Source: Candidatus Adlerbacteria bacterium RIFCSPLOWO2_01_FULL_51_16
GTDB taxonomy: Bacteria; Patescibacteriota; Minisyncoccia; Phycocordibacterales; SBAW01
Direction of reading: 5' to 3'
Length of the DNA: 51,977 nt
Assembly: GCA_001775485.1 (NCBI GenBank)
Contig: MEWX01000026.1
Location: 1 to 51,977, forward strand
A program made the translations under genes and the position numbers. Each line of letters opens with the position of its first letter. Position 1 is the first letter of the stretch. Positions 40,224 through 49,536 of this stretch are shown here, one piece after another. The notes below the pieces were generated by a model. That model ran no database searches. It saw only the letters and a list, made by a program, of their open reading frames with translations, and was not told the origin of the DNA.

Positions 40224-41997
40224 CGACCGCAAGCATCTCACGAAGTACTTTTTCTGGCAACTCCGCGGGCTTCCGTTGCGAAGGAGAAGCTTGGGGAGCA
40301 AAAGTCTGGCCGTCCGGGGAACGGAGATCCGAGGACTTTTGCGAAGCAAGTTTCTCCGAAGCATTGGGAGCAATTTTGCCGAGCGCCTCCTTAAGGTCTG
40401 GGGCGTGCCCTGTGCCACTGGAGGAGTTATTTTTTACTACTTGTTGAAGCGCCTCGCGTAAGCTGGTAGCCCCGCCAAGGGGTGGGCGCTCGGGCTTCTC
40501 CTTCGTGGAGTGATGATGGGCTTCGTTCTTCGGCTTGTGGCTGGGAGGAACTTCCTGGTGCCTTGGAAGTTCCTGTGGGGGGGTATGCTGGGGGACCACC
40601 AGAGAAGGAATCGGCGTTGTGTGTACCAGCATTCGATGAACAGGAGTCTCTCGCCGCGGTTCTGCATGTTTATCCTTCTTTACCACAACACGGGGCGCTT
40701 CTCTATCATTTTCGTGCCACTTAGCGATTGAAGCTTCCACTTCCGCGCGGGGTTTGCTGAATTGCGTGCGGGAACTTTCTATAACTTTCGCGACAAATTT
40801 TTGCGGCGGCGGGTCAAAGGGTGGAAGTGCTGTCGCAGAGAAGGGCGGTGATCCTACCCCATCTATCATGAGGGTTAGGTACAGCTGATACGCGCCGAGG
40901 TTCACAAGGTCGGTCGCCTCAAATTGCGGGGCAAATATCACTTCCAGGGTTTCCGCGTCAAAAGGCCCGACACGGAAAGCGACGGTCGTGCCGACATTCC
41001 CGAAGACCGCGTCGCGCACCTCTTCTTCCATCTGCTCCACATACTGGTGCGCGATAATGAGGTTCAATTTATATTTGCGCGCCTCCGAGAGTATGTCCGC
41101 AAAACTCTGGTTGGCGAAACTCTGAAACTCATCAACATAAAAATAGAATGAGGGCAGGTTTTTCATAACCTGCATTGAGGCGTCCGCACGCGACATCGCC
41201 GCCAGGTAAATTTTGGTGACCAACATTGAGCCGAGGAGTGTCGCATTGACTTCCCCCACCCGGCCCTTCGAGAGGTTCATGATGATGATCTTCTTTTCAT
41301 CCATCATCTTGCGGATATCGAAGGATGATTTTGGCTGGCCGATAATATTGCGAATCAAGGGGTTGTTGGTAAACTGTCCGACTTTGTTTTGTATCGCAGG
41401 AGTCGCCTCTTGGGTATAGCGGTCAGTGTAGACGGCAAACTCCTCGACCCAAAAGGCCTTTACGGTCGGGTCTTTCACATTTTCAACCACTTTTTTACGG
41501 AATATTTTATTAACGAGCATGCGATTAACATCCAAAAGTGTCGCGTCCGGATACTCCAAAAGCGCGAGGAGTGTGTTTGAAAGGATATACTCCATGCGTG
41601 CGCTCCAGGCATCCACCCAAATTTTTCGGAATGCGGAGAGAAGCCCCGAGACAACCAAGTGCCGCTTGTCGTAGCCGACATCCTCCATGACGTTGAAGGC
41701 AATGGGGTGCTCCATATCAAACGGAGCAAAGTACACCACATCTTTGATGCGGTGCTCGGGCACGTACTCCATTATTCTGTCGGCAGTCGAGCCGTGCGGG
41801 TCAATGAACGCGAGCCCTTCGCCGTTGCGGATATCCTGGATTGCCATGTTTTCCAGCAAGGTGGATTTGCCCATGCCGGTCTTTCCGATGACATACATGT
41901 GACGCTCCCTATCTTTGCGCTTGATACCAAAGGGGGTGTTCGCCCCGCGCGAGTTCGTCGAGGCAAAATAGGTTATTTTCGCGGGATCTTCCTTCAC
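40207..41997 (-). CDS. TraD/VirD4/VirB4-like (HerA/FtsK superfamily) ATPase
   Basis: RHMYVIGKTGMGKS (Walker A), IDPHG, YVDEFQ (Walker B), EARKY, AHQY, and a low-complexity C-terminal tail. Confidence 0.85.
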   Translation of the reverse strand: MKEDPAKITYFASTNSRGANTPFGIKRKDRERHMYVIGKTGMGKSTLLENMAIQDIRNGEGLAFIDPHGSTADRIMEYVPEHRIKDVVYFAPFDMEHPIAFNVMEDVGYDKRHLVVSGLLSAFRKIWVDAWSARMEYILSNTLLALLEYPDATLLDVNRMLVNKIFRKKVVENVKDPTVKAFWVEEFAVYTDRYTQEATPAIQNKVGQFTNNPLIRNIIGQPKSSFDIRKMMDEKKIIIMNLSKGRVGEVNATLLGSMLVTKIYLAAMSRADASMQVMKNLPSFYFYVDEFQSFANQSFADILSEARKYKLNLIIAHQYVEQMEEEVRDAVFGNVGTTVAFRVGPFDAETLEVIFAPQFEATDLVNLGAYQLYLTLMIDGVGSPPFSATALPPFDPPPQKFVAKVIESSRTQFSKPRAEVEASIAKWHENDREAPRVVVKKDKHAEPRRETPVHRMLVHTTPIPSLVVPQHTPPQELPRHQEVPPSHKPKNEAHHHSTKEKPERPPLGGATSLREALQQVVKNNSSSGTGHAPDLKEALGKIAPNASEKLASQKSSDLRSPDGQTFAPQASPSQRKPAELPEKVLREMLAVDETEE

Positions 41998-42013
41998 TTC
42001 TTAATTATACTCT

Positions 42014-43291
42014 CTATTGCACGGTTGCGGTTGCTGAAAGTACCGAGCGGAGCGAGGTATATTTGTTGGCCGCATCCCAAAAGAGGTACGACTCAATCCC
42101 CGCATCGTTTGTGGCTTCTATTTGGGCGCTGACCATCTCGGGCGAGTAATGGACTGGGTAATCAAACCCCTGTAGCCAGGGGATGACTTTGCCGGAGTAT
42201 ACGGGTTTCTCGTAGAGCTGGGGAGAGGTGGAGGCGATCGGAATGAACGCAAAACTCGGCTGTCGAGTAGTGGTCGCTACTTCCCGTAGAACGGCTCCCA
42301 CAAGCGAGGTATACACAACTTTGTATGGGTCGCTGTTTACATCTGCAAGTCCCGTGAAGCCATTGTTGTAATGGGAGGGATAGACCATCGGGTAGATGTA
42401 ATCGAAATACGGCAACCCCCGCTCAAGTACTTGACCGATACCGAGATCATCTTGGTGGACGGTGACATACCCAAACAAGTCGGCAGACAAGACAGGGACT
42501 TGTCCCGAGCTTATCGAGGGAGAGCGCAAGTTTTCGGTGAGATATTTATAAAATTCCTCAAGAGCTTGCGCTTTGCTCTTGCCCGCACTCCAAGTGTAAT
42601 CAGCTTCTGCCATATTGCCGTCGGAGGGAAAACGTATGTAGTCGAAATTAAGTTCATCAAATCCAAGTTCGTAAGATTCTTTTCCAAGCTCAACCATATA
42701 GTCCCAAAAGGGCTTCGCACCTACATCGACAAACGCGAGTCCTTTGTGATCCTTCCACACACCACCGCTCTTTTTTTGTACGGCCTGTTCGGGGTGAACG
42801 CTTGTATAGTGGGGGTCCTGAAACACAGTGATGCGTCCGATGACATAAATATTTTTTGCATGGAGACGCTCCACAAACTCTTTCATATCGGAAGCCCCGC
42901 ACTCATCTGAAACCGCGCCCGCGAGTATCGCATTCTCGGTTGGGAAAGCAATGCCACCGGAAAAATCTTTAATATCGATGACGACTGCGTTGAGTGCGGT
43001 GTCGTCGATAAATTTTACGAGCGAGTCACGGAAGGAGGGTGTCCCTGCAACGCACTGCGACATATAAATTGCCTTCAGCGGTTTCGGGGTCGGGAGATGC
43101 TGTACGTATGGTGCGGCGACAACATTAGGAGAACTTGTTGCACCCAAAATATTCGCGGAATATGAAACCGAGAGAAGCGTGGGGAGCGTAACATATGCAA
43201 GTGAAACAACTGCAACAACAGCAACAGTCGCCGCCACCGCGTAGGACAGAAAATATTTAATTGAGAGGGGTGAGTCGGTTTCTTTGCTCAT
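42014..43291 (-). CDS. Membrane-anchored putative glycoside hydrolase (DUF4015-like)
   Basis: N-terminal TM, NAVVIDIKD, FDELNFDYIRFP, SADLFG, IGQ, PMVYPSHY, PWLQGF. Confidence 0.75.
   Translation of the reverse strand: MSKETDSPLSIKYFLSYAVAATVAVVAVVSLAYVTLPTLLSVSYSANILGATSSPNVVAAPYVQHLPTPKPLKAIYMSQCVAGTPSFRDSLVKFIDDTALNAVVIDIKDFSGGIAFPTENAILAGAVSDECGASDMKEFVERLHAKNIYVIGRITVFQDPHYTSVHPEQAVQKKSGGVWKDHKGLAFVDVGAKPFWDYMVELGKESYELGFDELNFDYIRFPSDGNMAEADYTWSAGKSKAQALEEFYKYLTENLRSPSISSGQVPVLSADLFGYVTVHQDDLGIGQVLERGLPYFDYIYPMVYPSHYNNGFTGLADVNSDPYKVVYTSLVGAVLREVATTTRQPSFAFIPIASTSPQLYEKPVYSGKVIPWLQGFDYPVHYSPEMVSAQIEATNDAGIESYLFWDAANKYTSLRSVLSATATVQ
42499..42520. repeat. Short intragenic repeat, copy 1
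   Basis: cttgtcccgagcttatcgaggg, related to the copies at 45970 and 47497; encodes PSISSGQ. Confidence 0.55.
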
Positions 43292-43514
43292 GCGAGACAT
43301 CTGGGTTTGCGGGGGCGCCATTTTCTACAAAGTGATGGCGGGGGGTCCTCCGCGAGCCGCCCGAGAGTGCTTCGGCCCGCAAAATAAATCCTATAACAAT
43401 AAGAGCGATGCCGGAGAGTACAATAATCGCCGTGCGCCAGGAACCGGGGATCCCGAGTTGGGTGGTAATGACGACCAAGCCACCAAGTGCAATAACAATA
43501 GCTTCCTTAGACAT
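43257..43514 (-). CDS. Small two-TM membrane protein
   Basis: Hydrophobic hairpin; fills the gap in the minus-strand gene run. Confidence 0.7.
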   Translation of the reverse strand: MSKEAIVIALGGLVVITTQLGIPGSWRTAIIVLSGIALIVIGFILRAEALSGGSRRTPRHHFVENGAPANPDVSHEQRNRLTPLN

Positions 43515-43523
43515 ACAACAATA

Positions 43524-44165
43524 CTACCTGCCTTCTACAATTACGACAAACTCCCCCCGTTGTTTTTCTGGCGTCAGCTTTTGCAGGAGCTCCTGCGGCA
43601 CGTCAACAAGATGCTCCTCGTATATTTTGGTAAGCTCGCGGAAGAGGCCAACTCGACGCCCGGGTGAAGCTTTGGAAAGAGACGTCAGGGTCTTGAGGAT
43701 CCGGTGAGGTGACTCAAAAAATATACTTGCCCGTTCATCCTTTGCGATAGACGCAAACAATTTTTCTCTTCCTTTTTTGGGAGGGAGAAATCCGTAAAAA
43801 GTGAAGCTCGGTGCCTTGAGGCCTGCAACTGCAATCGCCGCCGTGAGCGATGAAGCCCCGGGGATCGTCTCGATTTTTGTTCCACTCTCGCGGGCGTTTG
43901 AAACAATCTCAAGCCCCGGATCGGAGACCCCAGGGACCCCCGCGTCCGATACCAACGCCACATGCTTGCCCGCCTCCAGAAATTTTTCAATCTGTTTAAG
44001 ATTAACCGCAGGAGTTTTGATACCAAAATGGGACAGGAGCTTGCGCGTCATCCGCGTGTCTTCGCACGCGACATAATCCGCTTCTTTTAAAATACGGAGC
44101 GCGCGCAGAGTGATGTCTTCAAGATTCCCTATCGGGGTCGCAACGACAGAAAGTTTACCAACCAT
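43524..44165 (-). CDS. rsmI: 16S rRNA (cytidine1402-2'-O)-methyltransferase
   Basis: VATPIGNLEDITLRA, CEDTR, SDAG.PGVSDPG, FYGFLP, ESPHR, RELTKIYEE, RGEFV. Confidence 0.95.
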   Translation of the reverse strand: MVGKLSVVATPIGNLEDITLRALRILKEADYVACEDTRMTRKLLSHFGIKTPAVNLKQIEKFLEAGKHVALVSDAGVPGVSDPGLEIVSNARESGTKIETIPGASSLTAAIAVAGLKAPSFTFYGFLPPKKGREKLFASIAKDERASIFFESPHRILKTLTSLSKASPGRRVGLFRELTKIYEEHLVDVPQELLQKLTPEKQRGEFVVIVEGR

Positions 44166-44245
44166 GACTTCAACACCCTAGCACAATTCAGAAAAATATT
44201 GTATGTACATGAGTAGTCGTTGGCTCTTGCGCAGGAGATTTGTGC

Positions 44246-44452
44246 ATGAACTCCTTAACCGGCAACAAGGTATCCGAAGAGGAACGGGAGAAGATGCGCC
44301 AACAGTGGCGCAAACAGGTGGAGTTTGCCTGCCGCACATGCGGAGGAAGTGCCTATGCAGAGCGCGAGGGGTCCTGCCGATGGGGGTGCCCCAAGTGCGG
44401 CTTCTCCACTTTCACCCCTTCTCTGTTCTTCAAGGAATCGGCTGTCGCCTAG
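44246..44452 (+). CDS. Small zinc-ribbon protein
   Basis: CRTC...CPKC; AGGAG lies upstream of ATG 44246 and a terminator follows. Confidence 0.65.
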   Translation: MNSLTGNKVSEEEREKMRQQWRKQVEFACRTCGGSAYAEREGSCRWGCPKCGFSTFTPSLFFKESAVA

Positions 44453-44465
44453 CGCGATAGCTGAG

Positions 44466-44493
44466 AAAGGCCGCTCGCAAAAGCGGCCTTTTT
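44466..44493 (+). terminator. Intrinsic terminator
   Basis: aaaggccgct-cgcaaa-agcggccttt followed by Ts. Confidence 0.75.
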
Positions 44494-44556
44494 CTTTCCC
44501 CCGCCCTCGCGTATACTGCGGGCAGATTCGATCTTCTCAAAACAAAGGGCAACCAC

Positions 44557-45894
44557 ATGTGCGGATTCTTCGGCATTTACAACAAAAGGAAAGCTGCCGA
44601 GTTGGCCGTCATTGGTCTCCACGGCATTCAGCATCGAGCACGAGAATATGCAGGAATCGCCTCAAGCGACGGGTTCAATATCTTTCGAGAAGTCGGTAAC
44701 GGAATCGCCCGCGAAGTCTTCGCCGATACCGATAAACTCAACCGTTTACATGGTCGGCATGCTCTCGGGCATGTGCGTTACTCGACCACACTTCGGCAGG
44801 AGAACGATCGATATCGCGACAACACCCAACCGGTAATTGGTTGGTATAGCGGGCGGAAATTCGCACTCGCTCACAACGGGAATCTCACAAATCTCGATGA
44901 GCTTCGCCAACTGCTGCACGATCGACCGATGGAAACCACGATGGATACTGAATTCATCGTTCGTCTTATTGAGCAGCACGATACCGGAAAACTAGAATCC
45001 GATCTCGCGCGGGTTTTTGGACTGCTCCGAGGGAGTTACGAGCTTGGTATTCTCTTTCCGGACCGTCTTGTTGCCGTGCGGGACCCCCAAGGAAATCACC
45101 CTCTCTCTATCGGCAAAATGGAAGAGAGCTTCTTCATCTCATCGGAAACTACCGGCTTCAGCGGCGTGGGTGCACAGTTTGTCCGCGACGTGGAACCTGG
45201 AGAAATGGTCCTGATTGAGAACGGAGGAATCTTCTCTCGACGTTTTGCCAAGGCAACACCGAAAAAATGTCGATTCGAGGGAAATTACTTCTCCCACCCC
45301 GCGAGCCTTATCTTTGGCGAAGCGGTCGACGACTATCGTATCCGTTTAGGGCGTACCCTTGAGCAGTGTTGTCCAGCACTTGGTGCTGACATCGTAACTC
45401 CTGTGCCGGACAGCTCTAACTACATCGCCATGGGATATGCTGAAAACCAACGCTCGGGCATATACCGTCCAGTTATCGTCCGCAGTCATTACGGACGTTC
45501 ATTCATCGCTGCGACACAAGTGGAGCGTGATGAAACGGTGGCACTCAAGTTCCACTTTACTGGGCATGCGATCAGGGGTAAAAGTGTGGTAATCGTGGAC
45601 GATTCCATAGTCCGCGGCACAACACTCACCAAGGTTATCGCGGAGATACGTCGCTACGAACCACGCGAAGTACACGTCCGTAGTGGTACGCCGATGATTA
45701 AGTACCCCTGCGTCTACGGCATCGACATGCAGGAGAAAGAGAGGCTTATTGCAGCTACCCACACGAATGCAGAAATCTGCAAAAAACTAGGGGCGGACAG
45801 TGTTGAGTTCCTCCCGCTCGATGTTCAAAAACAAATGTCCCCTAACCCAGAGAGTTTCTGCTTTGCTTGCATGGACGGCAGGTACTGGCATTAG
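44557..45894 (+). CDS. purF: Amidophosphoribosyltransferase
   Basis: MCG N-terminal nucleophile, QHR, GHVRYST, AHNGNL, PVPDS, VDDSIVRGTT (PRPP site), and Fe-S ligands in CRFE, PCVYGID and CFAC. Confidence 0.92.
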   Translation: MCGFFGIYNKRKAAELAVIGLHGIQHRAREYAGIASSDGFNIFREVGNGIAREVFADTDKLNRLHGRHALGHVRYSTTLRQENDRYRDNTQPVIGWYSGRKFALAHNGNLTNLDELRQLLHDRPMETTMDTEFIVRLIEQHDTGKLESDLARVFGLLRGSYELGILFPDRLVAVRDPQGNHPLSIGKMEESFFISSETTGFSGVGAQFVRDVEPGEMVLIENGGIFSRRFAKATPKKCRFEGNYFSHPASLIFGEAVDDYRIRLGRTLEQCCPALGADIVTPVPDSSNYIAMGYAENQRSGIYRPVIVRSHYGRSFIAATQVERDETVALKFHFTGHAIRGKSVVIVDDSIVRGTTLTKVIAEIRRYEPREVHVRSGTPMIKYPCVYGIDMQEKERLIAATHTNAEICKKLGADSVEFLPLDVQKQMSPNPESFCFACMDGRYWH

Positions 45895-45904
45895 CAAAAT
45901 GGGC

Positions 45905-45938
45905 GAGGCCGCGGTTTCCCGCGGCCTCTTCACTTTTT
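45905..45938. terminator. Hairpin terminator between convergent genes
   Basis: gaggccgcgg-tttc-ccgcggcctc. Confidence 0.7.
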
Positions 45939-45963
45939 AAACGACGGGGATTTCGTTAAGGTT

Positions 45964-47199
45964 TCAGGGTTTGTCCTGAGCCTTACGAAGGGCCGCTTCT
46001 CCTGCTTTATAAATATCCCCCGCTCCCATAGTGAACACAACCGTATCAGAGGAAAATGTTTTAAGCTTTTGAGCAGCCTCCTCAAGCCCCCCGAGGGCAG
46101 TTGCCTGTCCTCCTCTTTTATTAGTGGCTTCCGCAAGCGCGGTATTTGAGACGGTCCCGTCGTACTCCTCGCGAGCGGCATAGACCGGCAACACATAGGC
46201 CTCGTCCGCCCCGGCAAGTGCCTCGGCAAAATCCTGAAACAAATCCCGAGTACGGCTGTAGAGGTGAGGGTGGAAGAGCACGACTATTTTTTTGTTAGGG
46301 AACTTCTCTTTTGCCGCCTCAATGGTTTTCCTTATCGCAGTCGGGTGGTGTGCGTAGTCATCGTAAAGCAGGGCGCCTCCCGGTAGCACTCCTTTATATT
46401 CAAACCTCCGCCAGGAGCCTTTAAATAATTTCAGGGATTTATCCATATCCGCTTCAGAAATATCGGGGGCGATGGCCCGCGCCGCAGCCTTCGCGGCGCG
46501 GGCGTTTTCTTTATTAAACTCACCCGGCACAAGAAGCTCCGGCACCGATTCATTTCCGTATTGTTCCTTTTCTATCACAATTCTCGCCTGTCCTCTTGCT
46601 TCGTTAAACGCTACGGCGAGTTCCTCCGGAGATTTGAAGTAGTCGGTGTGGTCCCACTCGATATTGGTAATGACAAGCACTTCGGGACAAAAAGTGAGGA
46701 AGTGCCTTCGATACTCGCACGCCTCAACGACGACAATGTCACTCTTGCCGGCGTGGAAATTGCTGCCAAAGTCTGTAACAATACTCCCCACAATAACTGT
46801 CGGGTCGAAACCGGCGTCAATTAAAATTTTGCCGAGCATGGCGGTTGTCGTCGTTTTACCGTGTGTGCCGGAAACCGCCACTACCCTTTTGCCTTCAACC
46901 GCTTTTCCCAATGCTTCAAAATAAGAATGTTCCGGAATCCCGAGTTCTTTACCGCGAGCGCGCTCCGGATTCTCTGCCGGCACCGCATCGCTATAGACCA
47001 GCAAATCCGCATCCGGAGGAACCTGTTCCGTTTTTTGCTCGAGACATACCTGAATCCCCTTTTTTGAGAGCATGTCTGTTGTGGGCGACGACGCTCTGTC
47101 AGAGCCCGAGACACGCGCGCCTTGTGCGGCATAAAACTGGGCGAGTGCCGACATACCAACACCGCCAATCCCGACCATGTATATTTTTTTACTGTTCAT
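45964..47199 (-). CDS. murC: UDP-N-acetylmuramate-L-alanine ligase
   Basis: VGIGGVGMSALA, GTHGKTTT, EACEY, TNIEWDH, RRFE, DDYAHHPT, PHLYSRT, MGAGDI. Start trimmed to 47199. Confidence 0.95.
   Translation of the reverse strand: MNSKKIYMVGIGGVGMSALAQFYAAQGARVSGSDRASSPTTDMLSKKGIQVCLEQKTEQVPPDADLLVYSDAVPAENPERARGKELGIPEHSYFEALGKAVEGKRVVAVSGTHGKTTTTAMLGKILIDAGFDPTVIVGSIVTDFGSNFHAGKSDIVVVEACEYRRHFLTFCPEVLVITNIEWDHTDYFKSPEELAVAFNEARGQARIVIEKEQYGNESVPELLVPGEFNKENARAAKAAARAIAPDISEADMDKSLKLFKGSWRRFEYKGVLPGGALLYDDYAHHPTAIRKTIEAAKEKFPNKKIVVLFHPHLYSRTRDLFQDFAEALAGADEAYVLPVYAAREEYDGTVSNTALAEATNKRGGQATALGGLEEAAQKLKTFSSDTVVFTMGAGDIYKAGEAALRKAQDKP
45970..45992. repeat. Short intragenic repeat, copy 2
   Basis: tttgtcctgagccttacgaaggg; encodes the MurC C-terminal LRKAQDK. 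Confidence 0.6.
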
Positions 47200-48526
47200 T
47201 GGCAACGAGTGCGTTAAATTGTTCTCCACGATCGTACTCATTTTTAAACATCCCGAAGGAGGCAAAAGCAGGGCTAAAGAGCAAAATATCGCCTGGTTGA
47301 GCCAGTTTAAAGGCATCCTTCACAGCGTCAACGACAGTATGATATATCATACTGTCGCGCAGATCGTTTTTAATCCGGTCGGTACCAGTGCCTGCAAGCA
47401 AGAGTACTTTTTTACAATATTTTGGAATCTCCTGAAGTAACTCTCTCATATCAAGCCTCTTGTCTGCCCCGCCCAAAATCAGAATAATATTCTGATTTTG
47501 CCCTGAGTCCGATCGAAGGGCACGCAGTGCCGCAATAGTGGCTTCCGGTACTGTCGCGGTCGTATCGTTGTATACTTTGACTCCGCGAATTTCTTTTATT
47601 AACTGAAGACGCCCCGGGACCCCTTCAAACGACTCGATGCCGTGTTTGCTGTGCTCCTCTTCAATACCAAGCATCTGTGCTACGGCCAAAGCTATCCCCG
47701 CGTTGTAGCGATTGTGCTCACCCGGAATCTTCAATACCCATGTGAGGGGCAGGTCGCTCCCTCTCGCCACCGTCAGGTGCGCTTTGATTGCCGGTTGGTA
47801 CCCATATTTCTTTATAAACGGTGCTGCCTGCTCTCCCACAATTAAAAAATCGTCTGCCTTCTGATTCACAAAAATATTCGCCTTGTCGGCAAAGTATGCG
47901 GCGAGATCATCGTGATAGTAGTTCAGATGATCCGGCATAAAAGTAGTAAAGACCGCCACGTGAGGACTTGTGTGCGCTTCGCCAAACCCCTGCAGCTGCC
48001 AGGAATCAAGTTCCAAAACCGCGATCGCGTCTTGGGTAACCTGCGGAAGAAGCGCGAGAGTCGAGACACCGCGCACATTACCACCCAAAAGCATTTTTCT
48101 GCCGGCAGTTTTGAGAATATGTGCAATAAGGTGCGCAACCGTTGACTTGCCGCGTGTCCCGGTAACTCCGACCGTTGAGATACCGGAGAGTTCGGCAAAC
48201 AAGTCAGCGCTCATTCGAACAGGAATATTATTTTTGCGGGCTTCGGCGATAAAGGGCGAGTTAAGCGGCACCCCCGCGGCTTTTATAATCAAATCGCGGT
48301 TTTGAAAATCCTCAAACCGGTGGCCGCCAAGATGATAGGTAATATTCGGAAATGCTTCGAGCTGGCTTACGGAAGATCCGAGCTCTACTGAAGGCTTAAG
48401 ATCAGTCACTATAAGGTCGGCTCCGCACTCGGCAAGAAAACGTGCGTCCCCCACCCCGCGCCCCAAAAGACCCAACCCCATGAGGGTTATCCGCTTGCCC
48501 TCAAAAAATGCCTTATATGCTTCCAT
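47189..48526 (-). CDS. murD: UDP-N-acetylmuramoylalanine-D-glutamate ligase
   Basis: MGLGLLG, GVTGTRGKST, GGNV, LELDSWQL, DHLN, NDTTAT, GGADK, SPAFASF.MFKNEYDRG. Confidence 0.95.
   Translation of the reverse strand: MEAYKAFFEGKRITLMGLGLLGRGVGDARFLAECGADLIVTDLKPSVELGSSVSQLEAFPNITYHLGGHRFEDFQNRDLIIKAAGVPLNSPFIAEARKNNIPVRMSADLFAELSGISTVGVTGTRGKSTVAHLIAHILKTAGRKMLLGGNVRGVSTLALLPQVTQDAIAVLELDSWQLQGFGEAHTSPHVAVFTTFMPDHLNYYHDDLAAYFADKANIFVNQKADDFLIVGEQAAPFIKKYGYQPAIKAHLTVARGSDLPLTWVLKIPGEHNRYNAGIALAVAQMLGIEEEHSKHGIESFEGVPGRLQLIKEIRGVKVYNDTTATVPEATIAALRALRSDSGQNQNIILILGGADKRLDMRELLQEIPKYCKKVLLLAGTGTDRIKNDLRDSMIYHTVVDAVKDAFKLAQPGDILLFSPAFASFGMFKNEYDRGEQFNALVANEQ
47497..47520. repeat. Short intragenic repeat, copy 3
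   Basis: tttgccctgagtccgatcgaaggg; encodes LRSDSGQ inside MurD. Confidence 0.6.
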
Positions 48527-48553
48527 TTCGCTCTATCATGCGATACTTGAGGC

Positions 48554-48775
48554 ATGTACGTCAAAGTGCGGGTGAAGGCGGGGGCAAAAAAAGAAACGGT
48601 GCTTGAGGTGTCTAAAATTCATTTTGAGATCGCCGTGCGAGAGGAAGCAAAACAAAACCTCGCTAATAAACGCGTTATTGCGCTTGTTGCCGGACACTTC
48701 CGCGTGCCTATTAAGCAGGTGCGCATCGTGAGCGGGCACCGAAGCCCTTCAAAAATACTTTCCTTGCCTGGTTGA
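48554..48775 (+). CDS. DUF167 (YggU/UPF0235) family protein
   Basis: VRVKAGAK...AN...A.HF.VP...V.IVSGH.S..K. Confidence 0.85.
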   Translation: MYVKVRVKAGAKKETVLEVSKIHFEIAVREEAKQNLANKRVIALVAGHFRVPIKQVRIVSGHRSPSKILSLPG

Positions 48776-48804
48776 TTGAAGAAAGAGAGTATTTGGTATA
48801 TACT
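48776..48804 (+). promoter_or_regulatory. Sigma70-type promoter
   Basis: TTGAAG-N17-TATACT. Confidence 0.55.
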
Positions 48805-48876
48805 CGTGATGGAAGTGTTTTTGTATTGCGTGAGCGGTAAAATTGGAAGTCAACCCAAACAAAGAGGCGTGGAACG

Positions 48877-49050
48877 ATGACAATAAAGAAGGTTTTTCCC
48901 ATGGACAAAGCCTCGCAGATGCCCAGCCACAAGCGTCCGGACACTATGCTCAGCCGAGACGCCGGCATCAACAACCCCACCAAAGTGCCGGGTCAAGCCC
49001 ATCTTGATTCTGACGACCAGGGAGGCGCCCCTACCATCACCTCACGCTGA
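48877..49050 (+). CDS. 57-aa hypothetical small protein (below the ORF-track cutoff)
   Basis: MTIKKVFPMDKASQMPSHKRPDTMLSRDAGINNPTKVPGQAHLDSDDQGGAPTITSR*, located between a promoter and a terminator. Confidence 0.4.
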   Translation: MTIKKVFPMDKASQMPSHKRPDTMLSRDAGINNPTKVPGQAHLDSDDQGGAPTITSR

Positions 49051-49073
49051 ACCATAAGTACCGCGCCGCATCA

Positions 49074-49102
49074 AAACCCCCGGAAATCCGGGGGTTTGCT
49101 TT
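49074..49102. terminator. Bidirectional intrinsic terminator
   Basis: aaacccccgga-aa-tccgggggttt. Confidence 0.75.
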
Positions 49103-49536
49103 TAGAAAAGTTTTTGTCCGTGAGCGCTCCAGCGTTGATGGAGATAGATAGCGGAGACAACATACAGGCCGGCGACAACCACAAACACAATGTAGTTTGA
49201 ACTAATTGACATGCCGATGTTTTGGCCAAGGAGCCCCACAAACCCCAAATTGAGACCCGAGACCACCATAACCGCAAAGGCGGCGCTGTCCCACGTATCT
49301 TTTTTCCCAAATAATGTTCTGTGCTCCGCCCAGCGATAGAGAAGATATGCCGCCGAGAGGCCCGAAATAATCCAACAGAGCTTGAGGCCGAGTAATACCA
49401 AAGGAAGAGCCCCGGGAATGTTTACCGCCAAAGACAACGCCGGCGGCACCCCGCCGATAAATAATGCAACCGCCGCTATGAGTAACCGCACCTCCGACCA
49501 CACAAAACTCCACCACAGAAGCTTATCGTGATTCAT
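49102..49536 (-). CDS. Four-TM hypothetical membrane protein
   Basis: Four hydrophobic segments; TATAAT lies 10 nt upstream of the ATG. Confidence 0.75.
   Translation of the reverse strand: MNHDKLLWWSFVWSEVRLLIAAVALFIGGVPPALSLAVNIPGALPLVLLGLKLCWIISGLSAAYLLYRWAEHRTLFGKKDTWDSAAFAVMVVSGLNLGFVGLLGQNIGMSISSNYIVFVVVAGLYVVSAIYLHQRWSAHGQKLF

Noticed and set aside
40224-40418. N-terminal extension of the ComEA ORF (likewise the extensions of murC, Wzx and GT39)
   Set aside because: These extensions overlap upstream genes or promoter regions; downstream ATGs fit the family N-termini better.
40207-40700. Pro/His-rich ATPase tail as a separate repeat element
   Set aside because: It is low-complexity protein sequence with no clear DNA repeat unit.
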